Part shown: one piece after another, positions 28,705 to 38,202 of the stretch | How the letters are laid out: every line of letters begins with the position of its first letter | How positions within the stretch are numbered: position 1 is the stretch's first letter | Virus record (IMG/VR): IMGVR_UViG_3300042309_000903 | Length of the DNA: 64,000 bases | Source of the DNA: an uncultured virus (IMG/VR IMGVR_UViG_3300042309_000903) | Lineage: Duplodnaviria > Heunggongvirae > Uroviricota > Caudoviricetes | Strand: one strand, 5' to 3' | The notes under the pieces: generated by a model | What the model was told of the DNA's origin: nothing | The model's input: only the letters and a program-made list of their open reading frames with translations | Database searches by the model: none | Position numbers and translations under genes: made by a program

Positions 28705-30104
28705 TATGAACCTTCTGCCAATCCAACGGAAGCCATAAGGTTTGCTGTAATTTGAACTTGGCTTCTAATCGGTTTCATATCAGTAGTAAATTGTAGATGG
28801 TTTACAGAAATGCCGTTAATGTACCCAAGGTAGTTTAACGGGCCAATTTCAATTTTTACTAGGGTTGCAGACAAAAATCCAATATCCGAAGTAACACGGC
28901 CAAGAGAGTTTTTCCATCCGCCGGACATGTAATTAGCGTTTGGACCATTGATAGTCTGATATAAAAATTCAATATCGTGCAGGGTACCTAATTCGTATAG
29001 CTCTCTAAGTTGCTTTGTCATTATCTCTGGGGTTGCTTTACCTAACTTGTGCGGAGTGTAAAACTTAGAAAAGTTTTCTCTCCATTGTTTTTCTCTATCT
29101 TTTCTTTGGTTAGGGTCCCATTGTTTTGGCCCTTTATGGGCAAAACATGCAAAATCGTTAATTCGATTAATCTCAAGATTAAGCATGATTGTTTCTTGAC
29201 CAGGAAACGCGCCAGCAACTCCAACAAATCGGTCTTGCATAGAGGGGGTTACATCTGGGTTTAGGCTAACTGATGTTCCAAAAGAATCCGGGTTCCATAG
29301 GAATTGAAATCCCATTTGACGGGCAGCAGCACTTGGCGTAGACCCGTTTCCAGTATATTTAGTGTCAGATGCAGTGGCGTACCAAACAATTCTTCCGCGA
29401 CGCATTGCATTCTTTGGACTAGTATTTGGGTTAGTTCCAACTACGTTTGCTTTTGTAGAAGAATTTCCTTTGTCTTGAGCGCTGCCAGGAGAGACAATGT
29501 GCCTTTTAAAATCCCTGTGGTCTACAGTAGAAGGCGCGATAGGCAAGCTCCATTCATGTGGCGATAAATTAAACGTGTAGTTAGCTAAATCAATAGGAGG
29601 AGAAAATTGGTCTTTACTTGACCGGGCTAGCTTTTCAGTAATATTAAAAGGCGTATTTTTATCAAAAAATTTTCCAACGCTGTCTATTAAAGAAACGCCA
29701 ACACCACCACCGACTGCCCCAGCTGCAGCTTTTGGATTAAAAGTTACTGCTGAAGCAACAGCTCCTCCAATTCTGGAGGTAAAATAGTTAGAAGCAAATA
29801 AAGCGCCACCTGCTGTAGAAAGAACAGCTCCCGAAGCTAATGTAGAGGCTCCTCCAGCAGCTACTGCCGCAGGAACTTGTACTACAGCGGCTCCCATACC
29901 AAGAACAGGGTCAACTACCGCCGGTCTTGGCTTTAAACTTCCTGTACTAGCTGCGTTTAGTGAGGACCCTAGTCCTTGAAGCGGCTTAGTACTTGGTGGT
30001 ACAGAAACAACCTGTTGAACGTCTACTCTGCGAACAGCTCTGGTTGTTGTTGTAATTGGGTAAGAAAGGTTATAGGTCGTCCCGTTTGTTGGTAAGTCGC
30101 TCAT
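28704..30104 (-). CDS. Tail tube initiator/baseplate protein
   Basis: GFQFLWNP; G.I....V.H..FT.DM.PIR; lies after the tape measure gene. Confidence 0.65.
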   Translation of the reverse strand: MSDLPTNGTTYNLSYPITTTTRAVRRVDVQQVVSVPPSTKPLQGLGSSLNAASTGSLKPRPAVVDPVLGMGAAVVQVPAAVAAGGASTLASGAVLSTAGGALFASNYFTSRIGGAVASAVTFNPKAAAGAVGGGVGVSLIDSVGKFFDKNTPFNITEKLARSSKDQFSPPIDLANYTFNLSPHEWSLPIAPSTVDHRDFKRHIVSPGSAQDKGNSSTKANVVGTNPNTSPKNAMRRGRIVWYATASDTKYTGNGSTPSAAARQMGFQFLWNPDSFGTSVSLNPDVTPSMQDRFVGVAGAFPGQETIMLNLEINRINDFACFAHKGPKQWDPNQRKDREKQWRENFSKFYTPHKLGKATPEIMTKQLRELYELGTLHDIEFLYQTINGPNANYMSGGWKNSLGRVTSDIGFLSATLVKIEIGPLNYLGYINGISVNHLQFTTDMKPIRSQVQITANLMASVGLAEGS

Positions 30105-32578
30105 TAGTGTGAGACCGCCTTTCTAATTAAGTTGTCGTAATCAAGAGCCTTTTTAATTTCTGAAGCAAGCTTGTTTTCATCCCAGTTTGCAGAGCCCTCA
30201 ACCTTGATAGTTATGCCACCATAGTTGATGTTATAGCCGCCGTTTCCTGAAGCACCTGACGCTGATACAGGTCCACCTTCAGCACGAGCCCCTAGAACGT
30301 CGTTCTTAAGTCCTTTACCCAGCTCAGCAACTAGCCTTGCAAAGTCAGCTGCGCCTCCCGCGCCACCTTTAAGCGCATTAATAATTCCTTTAAGTCCACC
30401 TAATGGGCCAACGTCTGTAACAGCGTTAAAGACATCACCTGCAATGTCTGCAGCTTTATTTACTACCGTTCCAGCAGCTCTAGAAATCCCTTGCCCTGCC
30501 GCCCAAAGTTTTCCTCGCACACTGTCGTACCATGGGTCATCAGTTCTAGGATGCCCGTAGTGTTTACCAGCAAGACCAGCAGCTGATGCAGTAGACCATG
30601 CTTTATAAAATGTACGGCCTTGACTTGATATGTCCCAAGCAATTCTTGCGTTAATTTCTGGGTCATATAAATCCCAGTCATTTTTAAGCCCGTATTTAGC
30701 ATAGTTGGCTCTACGACGGTCGCCTTGCCCTGGGTTTCCAGGAATGTCATTTTTCATATTAATTTGGAATAGGCCGTAAGACATGTCTGCGCCCAAGAGG
30801 TTTTCACGAACGGGTTGACGACCTGACTCTTTAGCAATAATTCGTATTCCATTTTCAACATCTTCTGGAGTTTTCCAACCCGCTCTTTTAAGAATATTCC
30901 TTAGCTCATCGTGAGGAATCTGGTCCCCAGCTCTGTACTTTCCTTTGTAATCTTTTTCGTGCATGTGGCGAGTTGGTTTGCCCTTATTATTATCAACGTT
31001 TTCGTGTGTCTCTGACCCGTCAGAAAATTTCTTAGTTACAGTGCCGCCTTCATGCATAAAGCCTGCAAAATTAAGTTTATGATTTGGGATAACTTGGCCG
31101 TCTTGCTCAGGAGCAAAAAATTCAGGTCCGTTTACGCCAATCATTCTTTGTGCGCCACCACCATGAGGAACAAAGAGCTCTGGTCCCTTTTCACCAACAA
31201 TGTATGTATTTCTAGCTTCTGTTGGCCCACCCTCTGCCAAGAACGGGATACCAGTAAGCATGTCAAGCAGTTCTGCGCCTACGCCATTGCCAACTCCCAC
31301 GGCTGTGTCAGCAAACCCTTTGCCTCCAGCAAAAAGATACGATAATTGTTTAACCGCAGGTAGCCCAGCTATTTTTACCATTAAATCGCTAAAGCTTCCA
31401 GCCATTTTATTTGCTGTTTCAAACCCCTGCACAATTGAGTCAGTAAACTGACCAATCATATTGCTTGAAGACCTGTCTCTTTTGGCTTTAGACTTAATAG
31501 CATCAGGAATAACTCCGGCTGCAGATAACTGCTCTTGATTTCCTAAGTCAACTACTCCAGAAGCTTTTGCTAAAAGACCATCTTCAATAATTTTTCTGGT
31601 CATTGGGTCGTTGCCAAAATACTGCTCTAACAAAGAGTCTAGGGCGTTTCCTGGTTGCAATGACATATGTAAATCGTGCTTAGTGATAGCTGAGCCACCA
31701 CGCTTTTGTTTATTTAATGTTGACCATAGGTCTTCAATAATTAACTTTAATTCACGCATTGTGCCTGTAGAAGCGTCTCTAATATTTACGCCAATAACCT
31801 TAAGATAGTTGACGTTACGTGCGGCGTTTAAACCAGTAAGAGCACTAGCTGCGCCAGTAAATCCAATACCAGGAGTTAAGTTAGATGCTGTAGCTAAACT
31901 GTTTCCAATTCCTGGAATGTCTGTTCCTAAAGCACGGGAGCTGTTTAAAGCCTCAATTACATCGGTAGCAGAAGTTTGAACGCCCTTGTTTCCAAGATTA
32001 GTTCCCATTTGACGAATAGCATTTTGCTGGTCCTTAAGAGCGCCACCTCCGCCCATGCCTGCAAATGCTGCACGGTTACGGTTGTATTCGTAGTCAAAGC
32101 TTTGTTGAACAGTAGGAAGCCCCATGTACGCCATTTTTAAAGGCTTAACTGCCTTTTCAAACAAGTTTCCAAGAACAGGTATTTGCCCTACATCTGCAAA
32201 CGGACCTCGTTCCCAACCTTTGTTGGGGTCTGTCTCAACAACGCCAGGGTTGATTTTAGGTTGGCTAGGCATCCCATTTGCGCCCTTAGCGCCTGGGTTA
32301 ACTACTTGCGGGGCTGCAGCAGGCCCACCAGCATGTGGCTGAGTAGGCATTCCATTTGCGCCAATAACAGGAGGAATGCCTGGGCTAGACATAACAGAGC
32401 TACCAGCTCCGTCAGTTGACCCCTCTTTTCCTATGATAGCCGCAGCATGCTTGGCCTGCCCCTGCATAAATTTTTCAGTGGCTTTTGCGGAGGCCTCAAT
32501 ACCGTCACCGTGTTTATCAAGCTTGGCGTAGATATCTACAACAGACTGTAGGTTTTTTAACTTGTCTGTAAATGCCAC
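30104..32578 (-). CDS. Tape measure protein with a lysozyme-like (lytic transglycosylase) domain
   Basis: Position; AEGGP...YIVGEKGPELFVP; AKESG...YGLFQIN...LYDPEINA. Confidence 0.8.
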   Translation of the reverse strand: MAFTDKLKNLQSVVDIYAKLDKHGDGIEASAKATEKFMQGQAKHAAAIIGKEGSTDGAGSSVMSSPGIPPVIGANGMPTQPHAGGPAAAPQVVNPGAKGANGMPSQPKINPGVVETDPNKGWERGPFADVGQIPVLGNLFEKAVKPLKMAYMGLPTVQQSFDYEYNRNRAAFAGMGGGGALKDQQNAIRQMGTNLGNKGVQTSATDVIEALNSSRALGTDIPGIGNSLATASNLTPGIGFTGAASALTGLNAARNVNYLKVIGVNIRDASTGTMRELKLIIEDLWSTLNKQKRGGSAITKHDLHMSLQPGNALDSLLEQYFGNDPMTRKIIEDGLLAKASGVVDLGNQEQLSAAGVIPDAIKSKAKRDRSSSNMIGQFTDSIVQGFETANKMAGSFSDLMVKIAGLPAVKQLSYLFAGGKGFADTAVGVGNGVGAELLDMLTGIPFLAEGGPTEARNTYIVGEKGPELFVPHGGGAQRMIGVNGPEFFAPEQDGQVIPNHKLNFAGFMHEGGTVTKKFSDGSETHENVDNNKGKPTRHMHEKDYKGKYRAGDQIPHDELRNILKRAGWKTPEDVENGIRIIAKESGRQPVRENLLGADMSYGLFQINMKNDIPGNPGQGDRRRANYAKYGLKNDWDLYDPEINARIAWDISSQGRTFYKAWSTASAAGLAGKHYGHPRTDDPWYDSVRGKLWAAGQGISRAAGTVVNKAADIAGDVFNAVTDVGPLGGLKGIINALKGGAGGAADFARLVAELGKGLKNDVLGARAEGGPVSASGASGNGGYNINYGGITIKVEGSANWDENKLASEIKKALDYDNLIRKAVSH

Positions 32579-32590
32579 GTTGATGCCTCC

Positions 32591-32707
32591 TTACCTTCTA
32601 TTTATGGCTCGTGAAAGCCAGTTGTTTCGCTCTCTAAATGAAAGCGCACGAATATCAGACAATGTCCACCCAGTAAATACTCGAGATAGTAGTTCGTATT
32701 GGTCCAT
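32591..32707 (-). CDS. Downstream (GT-type) portion of the tail assembly chaperone
   Basis: MDQYELLSRVFTGWTLSDIRALSFRERNNWL; frame stays open upstream across the chaperone stop in the +1 frame. Confidence 0.7.
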   Translation of the reverse strand: MDQYELLSRVFTGWTLSDIRALSFRERNNWLSRAINRR

Positions 32708-32720
32708 TAAATCTGTGTAG

Positions 32721-33521
32721 TTAGAAACGAAACAAAGCGCCAATGCTTAGTGGGGTTGGTACAGATTCCCCACATGCCTGACAAGCCTTGCTCACCTCCG
32801 AAAGGCGAGGACCCGGGTTGCGGGTACTGATATCGGAGACAAGTTTTTCTCTATCTGAAATGCTTAGTTTTAACGCAGTATTTGGCTTAGCGGGAACTCC
32901 GTTAATAGCGTTAATTGCTGCAGATAACAACATGGTTGTTAGCTCTGAAGAAGTAGTTGACTCAGGGGCCTCTGTAATACGACGTTGAGTTTTACCTGTA
33001 GGTAAAGAAACATTTGCAACATCGCCATTTTTTAGCGTAACGTTCCAAGTTCTGTCTCTAATAGGGTCTTCAAGCGTTACGTATCGAACGTCTTCTTTTA
33101 AATTAATTGGAAGTATTTGGTCCCGAGAACAGCTTGGACAAGTAGCAGCGTACTCGATGTCCTCGCCAAAAGTTAAACATCTAATTCCAATTAAAATACT
33201 GTCTCGGTCTCCCGATAGTAGCTTGTCAAAATCTTCGGTTTCTGGCTCATAGTCACCAATGCTGACAGTTCCTCTAACTAACAACGCAGTTAAAGCCTTT
33301 GACCCAGTAGATGATTTAGCAATAATTTCCTCATCCTCCCCTGTCAATTCTCGGACTTCTGCGGTTGTCAATAACTCACCATCTGCAGTGATAAACCCAC
33401 CAGGTAGTTCTACAAGGGGGTTTGACGGAACCACAGTTTCTACTGTTTTCTGTGGCTCCGCCATCGCCGCTTGTGCAATACGGTTGAGTTCGTCTTGGTT
33501 TACGATTTGTTCTGTTGTCAC
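32721..33521 (-). CDS. Tail assembly chaperone / hub assembly protein
   Basis: VRELTGEDEE, L..GDRD..L..IR, two CxxC pairs; between tube and tape measure. Confidence 0.75.
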   Translation of the reverse strand: MTTEQIVNQDELNRIAQAAMAEPQKTVETVVPSNPLVELPGGFITADGELLTTAEVRELTGEDEEIIAKSSTGSKALTALLVRGTVSIGDYEPETEDFDKLLSGDRDSILIGIRCLTFGEDIEYAATCPSCSRDQILPINLKEDVRYVTLEDPIRDRTWNVTLKNGDVANVSLPTGKTQRRITEAPESTTSSELTTMLLSAAINAINGVPAKPNTALKLSISDREKLVSDISTRNPGPRLSEVSKACQACGESVPTPLSIGALFRF

Positions 33522-33545
33522 GATAAATGCTCCTTTAGTTAAGTG

Positions 33546-34151
33546 TTATCCCTTTGGACCTGTTGATACAGGCTTGCGGGTTGTGGTTGCTGTAGTTGGG
33601 TCAATGTGGAACACAGTCAAACCTTCGTGGACAAGTGTCATTGTTTCAAAAAGCAATGAGTTATCTCCAGCGTTAAGGTCTGTAAATGAAAGCTGGTTAA
33701 TCCACGCGTTGTGAATCTTGAAGCCCATTTTAGCAGTTGCAATATCTGATGGGTTTGTGTCGGGATGGTCCATCACATAGATGATTACATCGCAACGGAA
33801 ATCCTTACCAGTTGTTGAAAGGCCGTCTCCAGCCGCCGCTGCAAAAAGACCACGCATCCACTCAATAGCGTTATCGCTACCGAATAATGCGCCGTGCTGC
33901 ATTGCAATTGGCTGGAAGTTAGTCATACCAGGAATCTGGTGCGTGGTGGTGTTGTAGCCACCCTCACGATATTGAATGTTTTGGGTCGTAATTGACAAGC
34001 CAGAGATTGTATTAAAACCTCCGCTAAACCCAAGGATTTTGTCCGTGAATACGGAACCATTGTTTGATGACGTCAGGAACTCTGCTTGGAACCGAAATCC
34101 GCGTAACGGGTCGGTAGCATGGGTTGACCAACGCTCTATTTTTTTAGGCAT
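33546..34151 (-). CDS. Tail tube protein (T4 gp19-like)
   Basis: DPLRGFRF, GFNTISGL, YREGG, PG...F, DLNAG, LVHEG. Confidence 0.9.
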   Translation of the reverse strand: MPKKIERWSTHATDPLRGFRFQAEFLTSSNNGSVFTDKILGFSGGFNTISGLSITTQNIQYREGGYNTTTHQIPGMTNFQPIAMQHGALFGSDNAIEWMRGLFAAAAGDGLSTTGKDFRCDVIIYVMDHPDTNPSDIATAKMGFKIHNAWINQLSFTDLNAGDNSLLFETMTLVHEGLTVFHIDPTTATTTRKPVSTGPKG

Positions 34152-34165
34152 TTTTATTTATCTCC

Positions 34166-35929
34166 TTAGGCTGTCACAGTAACGGTGGCTCCACCGTCAA
34201 ACTGACCGATTTTGATTACAACGAATTCAGCTGGACGCTGTAGAGCCACGCCAACTTCGATGATTACTTTACCCTCGTCAATTACGGACAGAGTGTTTAG
34301 CTCCCCGTCGCACTTAACGAAGTATGCGCTTCCTGGAGTATCTCCACGAAGTCCGCCTTGTGTCCAGAAATCTGATAGGAAAGCTGAGACAGTTGCGTTA
34401 AGGCTACGCCATAGAACAGCGTCGTTAGGCTCAAAGATTGCATACTGAGTAAGGTCGGTAAGAGCCTTACGAAGGTAAATAAGAGTACGACGAACTGGTA
34501 CGTAACGGTCTACATAACCAGCCTTAGTTGTGCGAGCACCCATAACAACAAAACCAGAACCCGGAATATAACGAATAGGGTTAACAGGAACTGCTGCAGA
34601 GTTTAGCGAATCAAGCTCTGCGTTTGTAAGGGGCTCTACTGCAACTACATCTGCTAAACGAGCAGATAGTCCTGCAGGTGCCTTAAAGACTCCTCGAGAA
34701 GAGTCTGTTGTAGCAAACAGGCCAGCAATTGCTCCACCAGGATGCGCTAGTACTCTAGCTCCTGAAGTTGAAACCGTTGGGTCACCGATAGTAACGTGTG
34801 GGTAGTACACAGCACCAAGAGAGGTTGGTGAGTAGGTTAATGAAAGCGCTAACTGTTCAGTAGCGGTTAAAGGGGTTCGTGTAGCTCCACCAGTAGTAAC
34901 GTAACCTGGGTCAATAATAACAAACACATCATCACGCGATTCTGCATAACTAAGCAGAGTTGCAACATCTGTGTTTGTAAAAACTCCAGGAGCGTTTAGA
35001 ACAAGTGAGTTTAGTACCGTGTCAAATGAAGAAACGGCCGAAACAATGTTTGTTGAAGTTGGTGATGTTCCGATTGAACCGCTAACTAGCTGTTGAATTG
35101 ATACGTTAGATGGTTCGGCGGCTGTCGATACTGAGGTTGCAACAACATAGTTTGAGCGAGAGTTGATGAAGTTAATTGCGTATCTAGCATCAGTTGGGTT
35201 TGTAAAAGTAACATCTGTAAATGTTTCTACAACAGTTTCAATATCTGGGTACGCAATAACAACGTCTTTACGAGACGTAATAGCAGAGGAAACAATTGTT
35301 ACATACATGCTATTTCCCCATTGACCTGGATTTTTAGCTGTAATAGTAGCAATTGGAGCTTGACGAGTCCAAGTTGCTGTTGAGGTTGTTCCAGTAGATG
35401 TGCTTGAAACCGAAAAGCTAACTCCTGCAGAAATTGCAGTAATTACAGCAGAGACTAGGTTGTAGCCTACTGATGTAGCCCCTGTAATTGTGACGACGTC
35501 ACCAACTGCAAGACCAGTTGTGCTTGACGTAGTGTAGGTCACAGTTCCTGATGAGGCAGCAATTGCTGTAATACTTCCTGTTGTAGTACTTGGTGCTGTG
35601 AAAGTACGAGTAGCAGAAACTGGTGTTCCAGCAGTTACTCGCTTGATATAGCAGTTTGCGCCACCGTTATCAAAGAACAATCGAACAGCAGTTGGAAGCA
35701 GGTTGTTGTTAGTTGTTGTGTCAACACCGTCATTTAACTTAGTTGTTGTATTCCAAGTTCCGTACTTAGATGCGTAATCGCTCCAAGAGGTAACAAGGGT
35801 TGGGGTAAGAGGGCCACGGTCAGATGCGCCAATAAACGCAGCGACAGTTGTTGAGTTTGGCCCTACGGATGGAGCTAATGCATTGAGGGATTCCTCAACA
35901 TACACTCCAGGACGAAGGTAAGTTGCCAT
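34166..35929 (-). CDS. Tail sheath protein
   Basis: RPGVYVEE, FFDNGG, RGVFKAPAG, VMGART, YVPVRR, FEPND, PAEFVVI. Confidence 0.95.
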   Translation of the reverse strand: MATYLRPGVYVEESLNALAPSVGPNSTTVAAFIGASDRGPLTPTLVTSWSDYASKYGTWNTTTKLNDGVDTTTNNNLLPTAVRLFFDNGGANCYIKRVTAGTPVSATRTFTAPSTTTGSITAIAASSGTVTYTTSSTTGLAVGDVVTITGATSVGYNLVSAVITAISAGVSFSVSSTSTGTTSTATWTRQAPIATITAKNPGQWGNSMYVTIVSSAITSRKDVVIAYPDIETVVETFTDVTFTNPTDARYAINFINSRSNYVVATSVSTAAEPSNVSIQQLVSGSIGTSPTSTNIVSAVSSFDTVLNSLVLNAPGVFTNTDVATLLSYAESRDDVFVIIDPGYVTTGGATRTPLTATEQLALSLTYSPTSLGAVYYPHVTIGDPTVSTSGARVLAHPGGAIAGLFATTDSSRGVFKAPAGLSARLADVVAVEPLTNAELDSLNSAAVPVNPIRYIPGSGFVVMGARTTKAGYVDRYVPVRRTLIYLRKALTDLTQYAIFEPNDAVLWRSLNATVSAFLSDFWTQGGLRGDTPGSAYFVKCDGELNTLSVIDEGKVIIEVGVALQRPAEFVVIKIGQFDGGATVTVTA

Positions 35930-35968
35930 TTGTATATCTCCTTAGGTTGTTTGGGTGTGGGCCGAATA

Positions 35969-36595
35969 TTAGATAGGTCGTAGGTCAGATGGGATGTGGG
36001 TTGTTGTTGGGTTTATATTTACTTGCTGTACAAGCTTGGTTGCTTGTGTAGCGTCATAATGGGTTAGTTCACTCACAACACGCACAATAAAGATATTGTG
36101 AAGTAGGCGCCTTCCCTCCTCAACGGAGTCTCTTTTTAGAAACTCGTCAAGAAACATATGGCGATAGGTTGTTTCAACACCTGAATCGCTAACAATGCCA
36201 AGCTTTCCGTACTTGCTTGGTAAACGTCGTTGAATTAACTGAGTCATAAGCGCCCTGTCATGACGTGGGTGACGGGCAAAAGTACTAATTTGATAAACTA
36301 AATCGTAAGTCATTGGGTACTCGTAGCTGTACACAGTAGTGTTATTACCCACTACTGTACCTGCGTTGTCCCTGTCGTATATAACTCCTGACATTTGACG
36401 TTCTGGAGCAAGGCGAATATCCATCAAGTCAATAGTTATAAACGGAAACTTCTGGTCTCTTAACTCTACGTCAGGAGTTCCAAACCACACCTGTACTGGG
36501 CGAGGGGTAGAAGGGCCACCCGCTTTTTCGTCGGTGACTGTAAGCCCGCTTAGTAGGGCCTTAAGTGCAGCGTCTTCAGCAAGAATAAAGCTCAT
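35969..36595 (-). CDS. Tail terminator/completion protein
   Basis: Upstream of the sheath; P..YDL.YQI....R..RHD. Confidence 0.65.
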   Translation of the reverse strand: MSFILAEDAALKALLSGLTVTDEKAGGPSTPRPVQVWFGTPDVELRDQKFPFITIDLMDIRLAPERQMSGVIYDRDNAGTVVGNNTTVYSYEYPMTYDLVYQISTFARHPRHDRALMTQLIQRRLPSKYGKLGIVSDSGVETTYRHMFLDEFLKRDSVEEGRRLLHNIFIVRVVSELTHYDATQATKLVQQVNINPTTTHIPSDLRPI

Positions 36596-36912
36596 CCTGG
36601 TAACCCCCTAGTTAGCATAAAGTCAACTGTAATGTCAGACAAGGCTCCAGAGATTTCATTGTCAATCATTGCTTCTACTTTTTTAATAAAATGAGACGGA
36701 GACTTGCCTAGGGTTCCGTACTCTAGGTCTTGTACTGCTTTTTCAAGGTCTGTAGGCCATACAACTTCAATGTACTCAGGGGTTACGTTAAGGGTGACTT
36801 TGTCACGAACATTGGAAGGCCACCCAGAAAGAGGCAGCATTGCGTCAAACTTTTTACGCACAATAGGTTCTGCTTTAGTTACAGCAGCTTTAAAATCTAA
36901 CGGGTGCGCCAT
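36592..36912 (-). CDS. Hypothetical neck/tail completion protein
   Basis: DLEYGT....P motif; position. Confidence 0.55.
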   Translation of the reverse strand: MAHPLDFKAAVTKAEPIVRKKFDAMLPLSGWPSNVRDKVTLNVTPEYIEVVWPTDLEKAVQDLEYGTLGKSPSHFIKKVEAMIDNEISGALSDITVDFMLTRGLPG

Positions 36913-36913
36913 A

Positions 36914-37090
36914 TTAGCGGCCCCGGATAAAACGCGACGCAAGAATTGCGTTAGCGGCGTCTAAAAACCCCTTAATATTGCTATCTACTTTATTGGATGC
37001 CCCAGGGATGTTTTGCACAATAACAGTATAAAACTGATTGGCCTGGGCCTTATCAACCTTTTGAGGGCTGAGAGGTTGGAAATTAGACAT
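36914..37090 (-). CDS. Hypothetical protein (58 aa; not in the ORF track)
   Basis: MSNFQPLSPQ...RGR with AAGGAG SD. Confidence 0.6.
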   Translation of the reverse strand: MSNFQPLSPQKVDKAQANQFYTVIVQNIPGASNKVDSNIKGFLDAANAILASRFIRGR

Positions 37091-37173
37091 ACTAATTCTC
37101 CTTAAAATAAACGCAGAACTACTAGCAAGGGTGGAGCTTTAATTCCCGCATGGAATTCCTTCAATGATAAAGC

Positions 37174-37196
37174 AAAAGGCCCCCTTTCGGGGGCCT
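37174..37196 (-). terminator. Intrinsic terminator
   Basis: aggccccc-gaaa-gggggcct-ttt on the minus strand. Confidence 0.8.
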
Positions 37197-37201
37197 AAGC
37201 T

Positions 37202-37375
37202 CTACTTCTTTTTAATCTTTTTTACAATCTTCTTGTCTAAAGCTGTGTCTTCTTCTTGGGATTTAGGCTTCTTGTGCTTCTTATCCATAGCCTCAAACTT
37301 CTTCTTTTGGTCCTTATCTAGGCCCTTAGTAGTTTTGGCATCTTGCTTTTTATCGGACTTTGCTGTGTATTTCAT
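37202..37375 (-). CDS. Small Lys-rich protein (57 aa)
   Basis: MKYTAKSDKKQDAK...KKIKKK; TAATG coupling. Confidence 0.7.
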   Translation of the reverse strand: MKYTAKSDKKQDAKTTKGLDKDQKKKFEAMDKKHKKPKSQEEDTALDKKIVKKIKKK

Positions 37376-37509
37376 TACTTCTTTTTTCCCATCTTCTTAG
37401 GGGCAGATTTGCTTTTTGCGGTTTTCTTGCCAAACTTCTTATTAGCAGCAGCCAAGGTCTTCTCACCATGCTTGTTTTTTGGGGCCCCACATCCACAGGT
37501 AGCACACAT
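37375..37509 (-). CDS. Small Lys-rich protein with MCATCGC N-terminus (44 aa)
   Basis: Manual translation; TAATG coupling on both sides. Confidence 0.7.
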   Translation of the reverse strand: MCATCGCGAPKNKHGEKTLAAANKKFGKKTAKSKSAPKKMGKKK

Positions 37510-37658
37510 TATTTTTTACCAGCTTTCTTTGTAGTAGGTTTTGCGACTTTCTTCTTGCCGGAGCCTGCAGGAACGCAGTTTGGAACTTTTTTGCCGCCCT
37601 TCATCTTCATGCCTACTTGAACGTAGCCATCCCAACAAGGGTTTGCATCTTTAGCCAT
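37509..37658 (-). CDS. Small Lys-rich protein with CWDGY...VPNCVP motif (49 aa)
   Basis: Manual translation; AGGAG SD. Confidence 0.7.
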   Translation of the reverse strand: MAKDANPCWDGYVQVGMKMKGGKKVPNCVPAGSGKKKVAKPTTKKAGKK

Positions 37659-37666
37659 TATTACTC

Positions 37667-38200
37667 CTAAGCTTGTGCGTACGCCAAGAACTGAACATCA
37701 TTGACAAGCTCGTCTGGCATTAATTGTATCAAGTCTAGCGAAATAATTGTATGGCGTTCGGCTATCTGCCCGTGTTGTTGGGTGCGAACTGGGCGGTATA
37801 CCTGGCCTTGCCAAACAAGGCGGTACTTGTTGGCTATGTCTAGGCTGGTCTTAACCTCTCCTCTGGCATTAAAAAGGGTTGGGCTAGCTATCCTTAGGTC
37901 ATCAATATTGAGGGTAATGTGCAAAGAGTCGGCGTTGTAGAAACCGCGGTCATTTATGGCTGAAGTTCCCTGGGTTATCTTTGCGCTAATAATATTAAGG
38001 ATAGCTGGGCCAGTCCACACACGACCAACACCTAGAGGCTCTACATCGTAAATAGGGTCTTTAACAGAAGCCGCAGCGTTATACGCCCACCATTGTCCGG
38101 TAGTACCCTTAGGATTAGTTGAGTCGGCGGTTATGCCATCGGCAATTTCATTTAGCTCAAAATCTGTGCTAAATCTTCCGCCCGGGGTATATGCTCTCAT
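37667..38200 (-). CDS. Head closure/head-tail joining protein, putative
   Basis: DPIYD....G.GR.W..P, RGFYN.D.L, R.VW...VY.P; position in the neck module. Confidence 0.55.
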   Translation of the reverse strand: MRAYTPGGRFSTDFELNEIADGITADSTNPKGTTGQWWAYNAAASVKDPIYDVEPLGVGRVWTGPAILNIISAKITQGTSAINDRGFYNADSLHITLNIDDLRIASPTLFNARGEVKTSLDIANKYRLVWQGQVYRPVRTQQHGQIAERHTIISLDLIQLMPDELVNDVQFLAYAQA

Positions 38201-38202
38201 TT

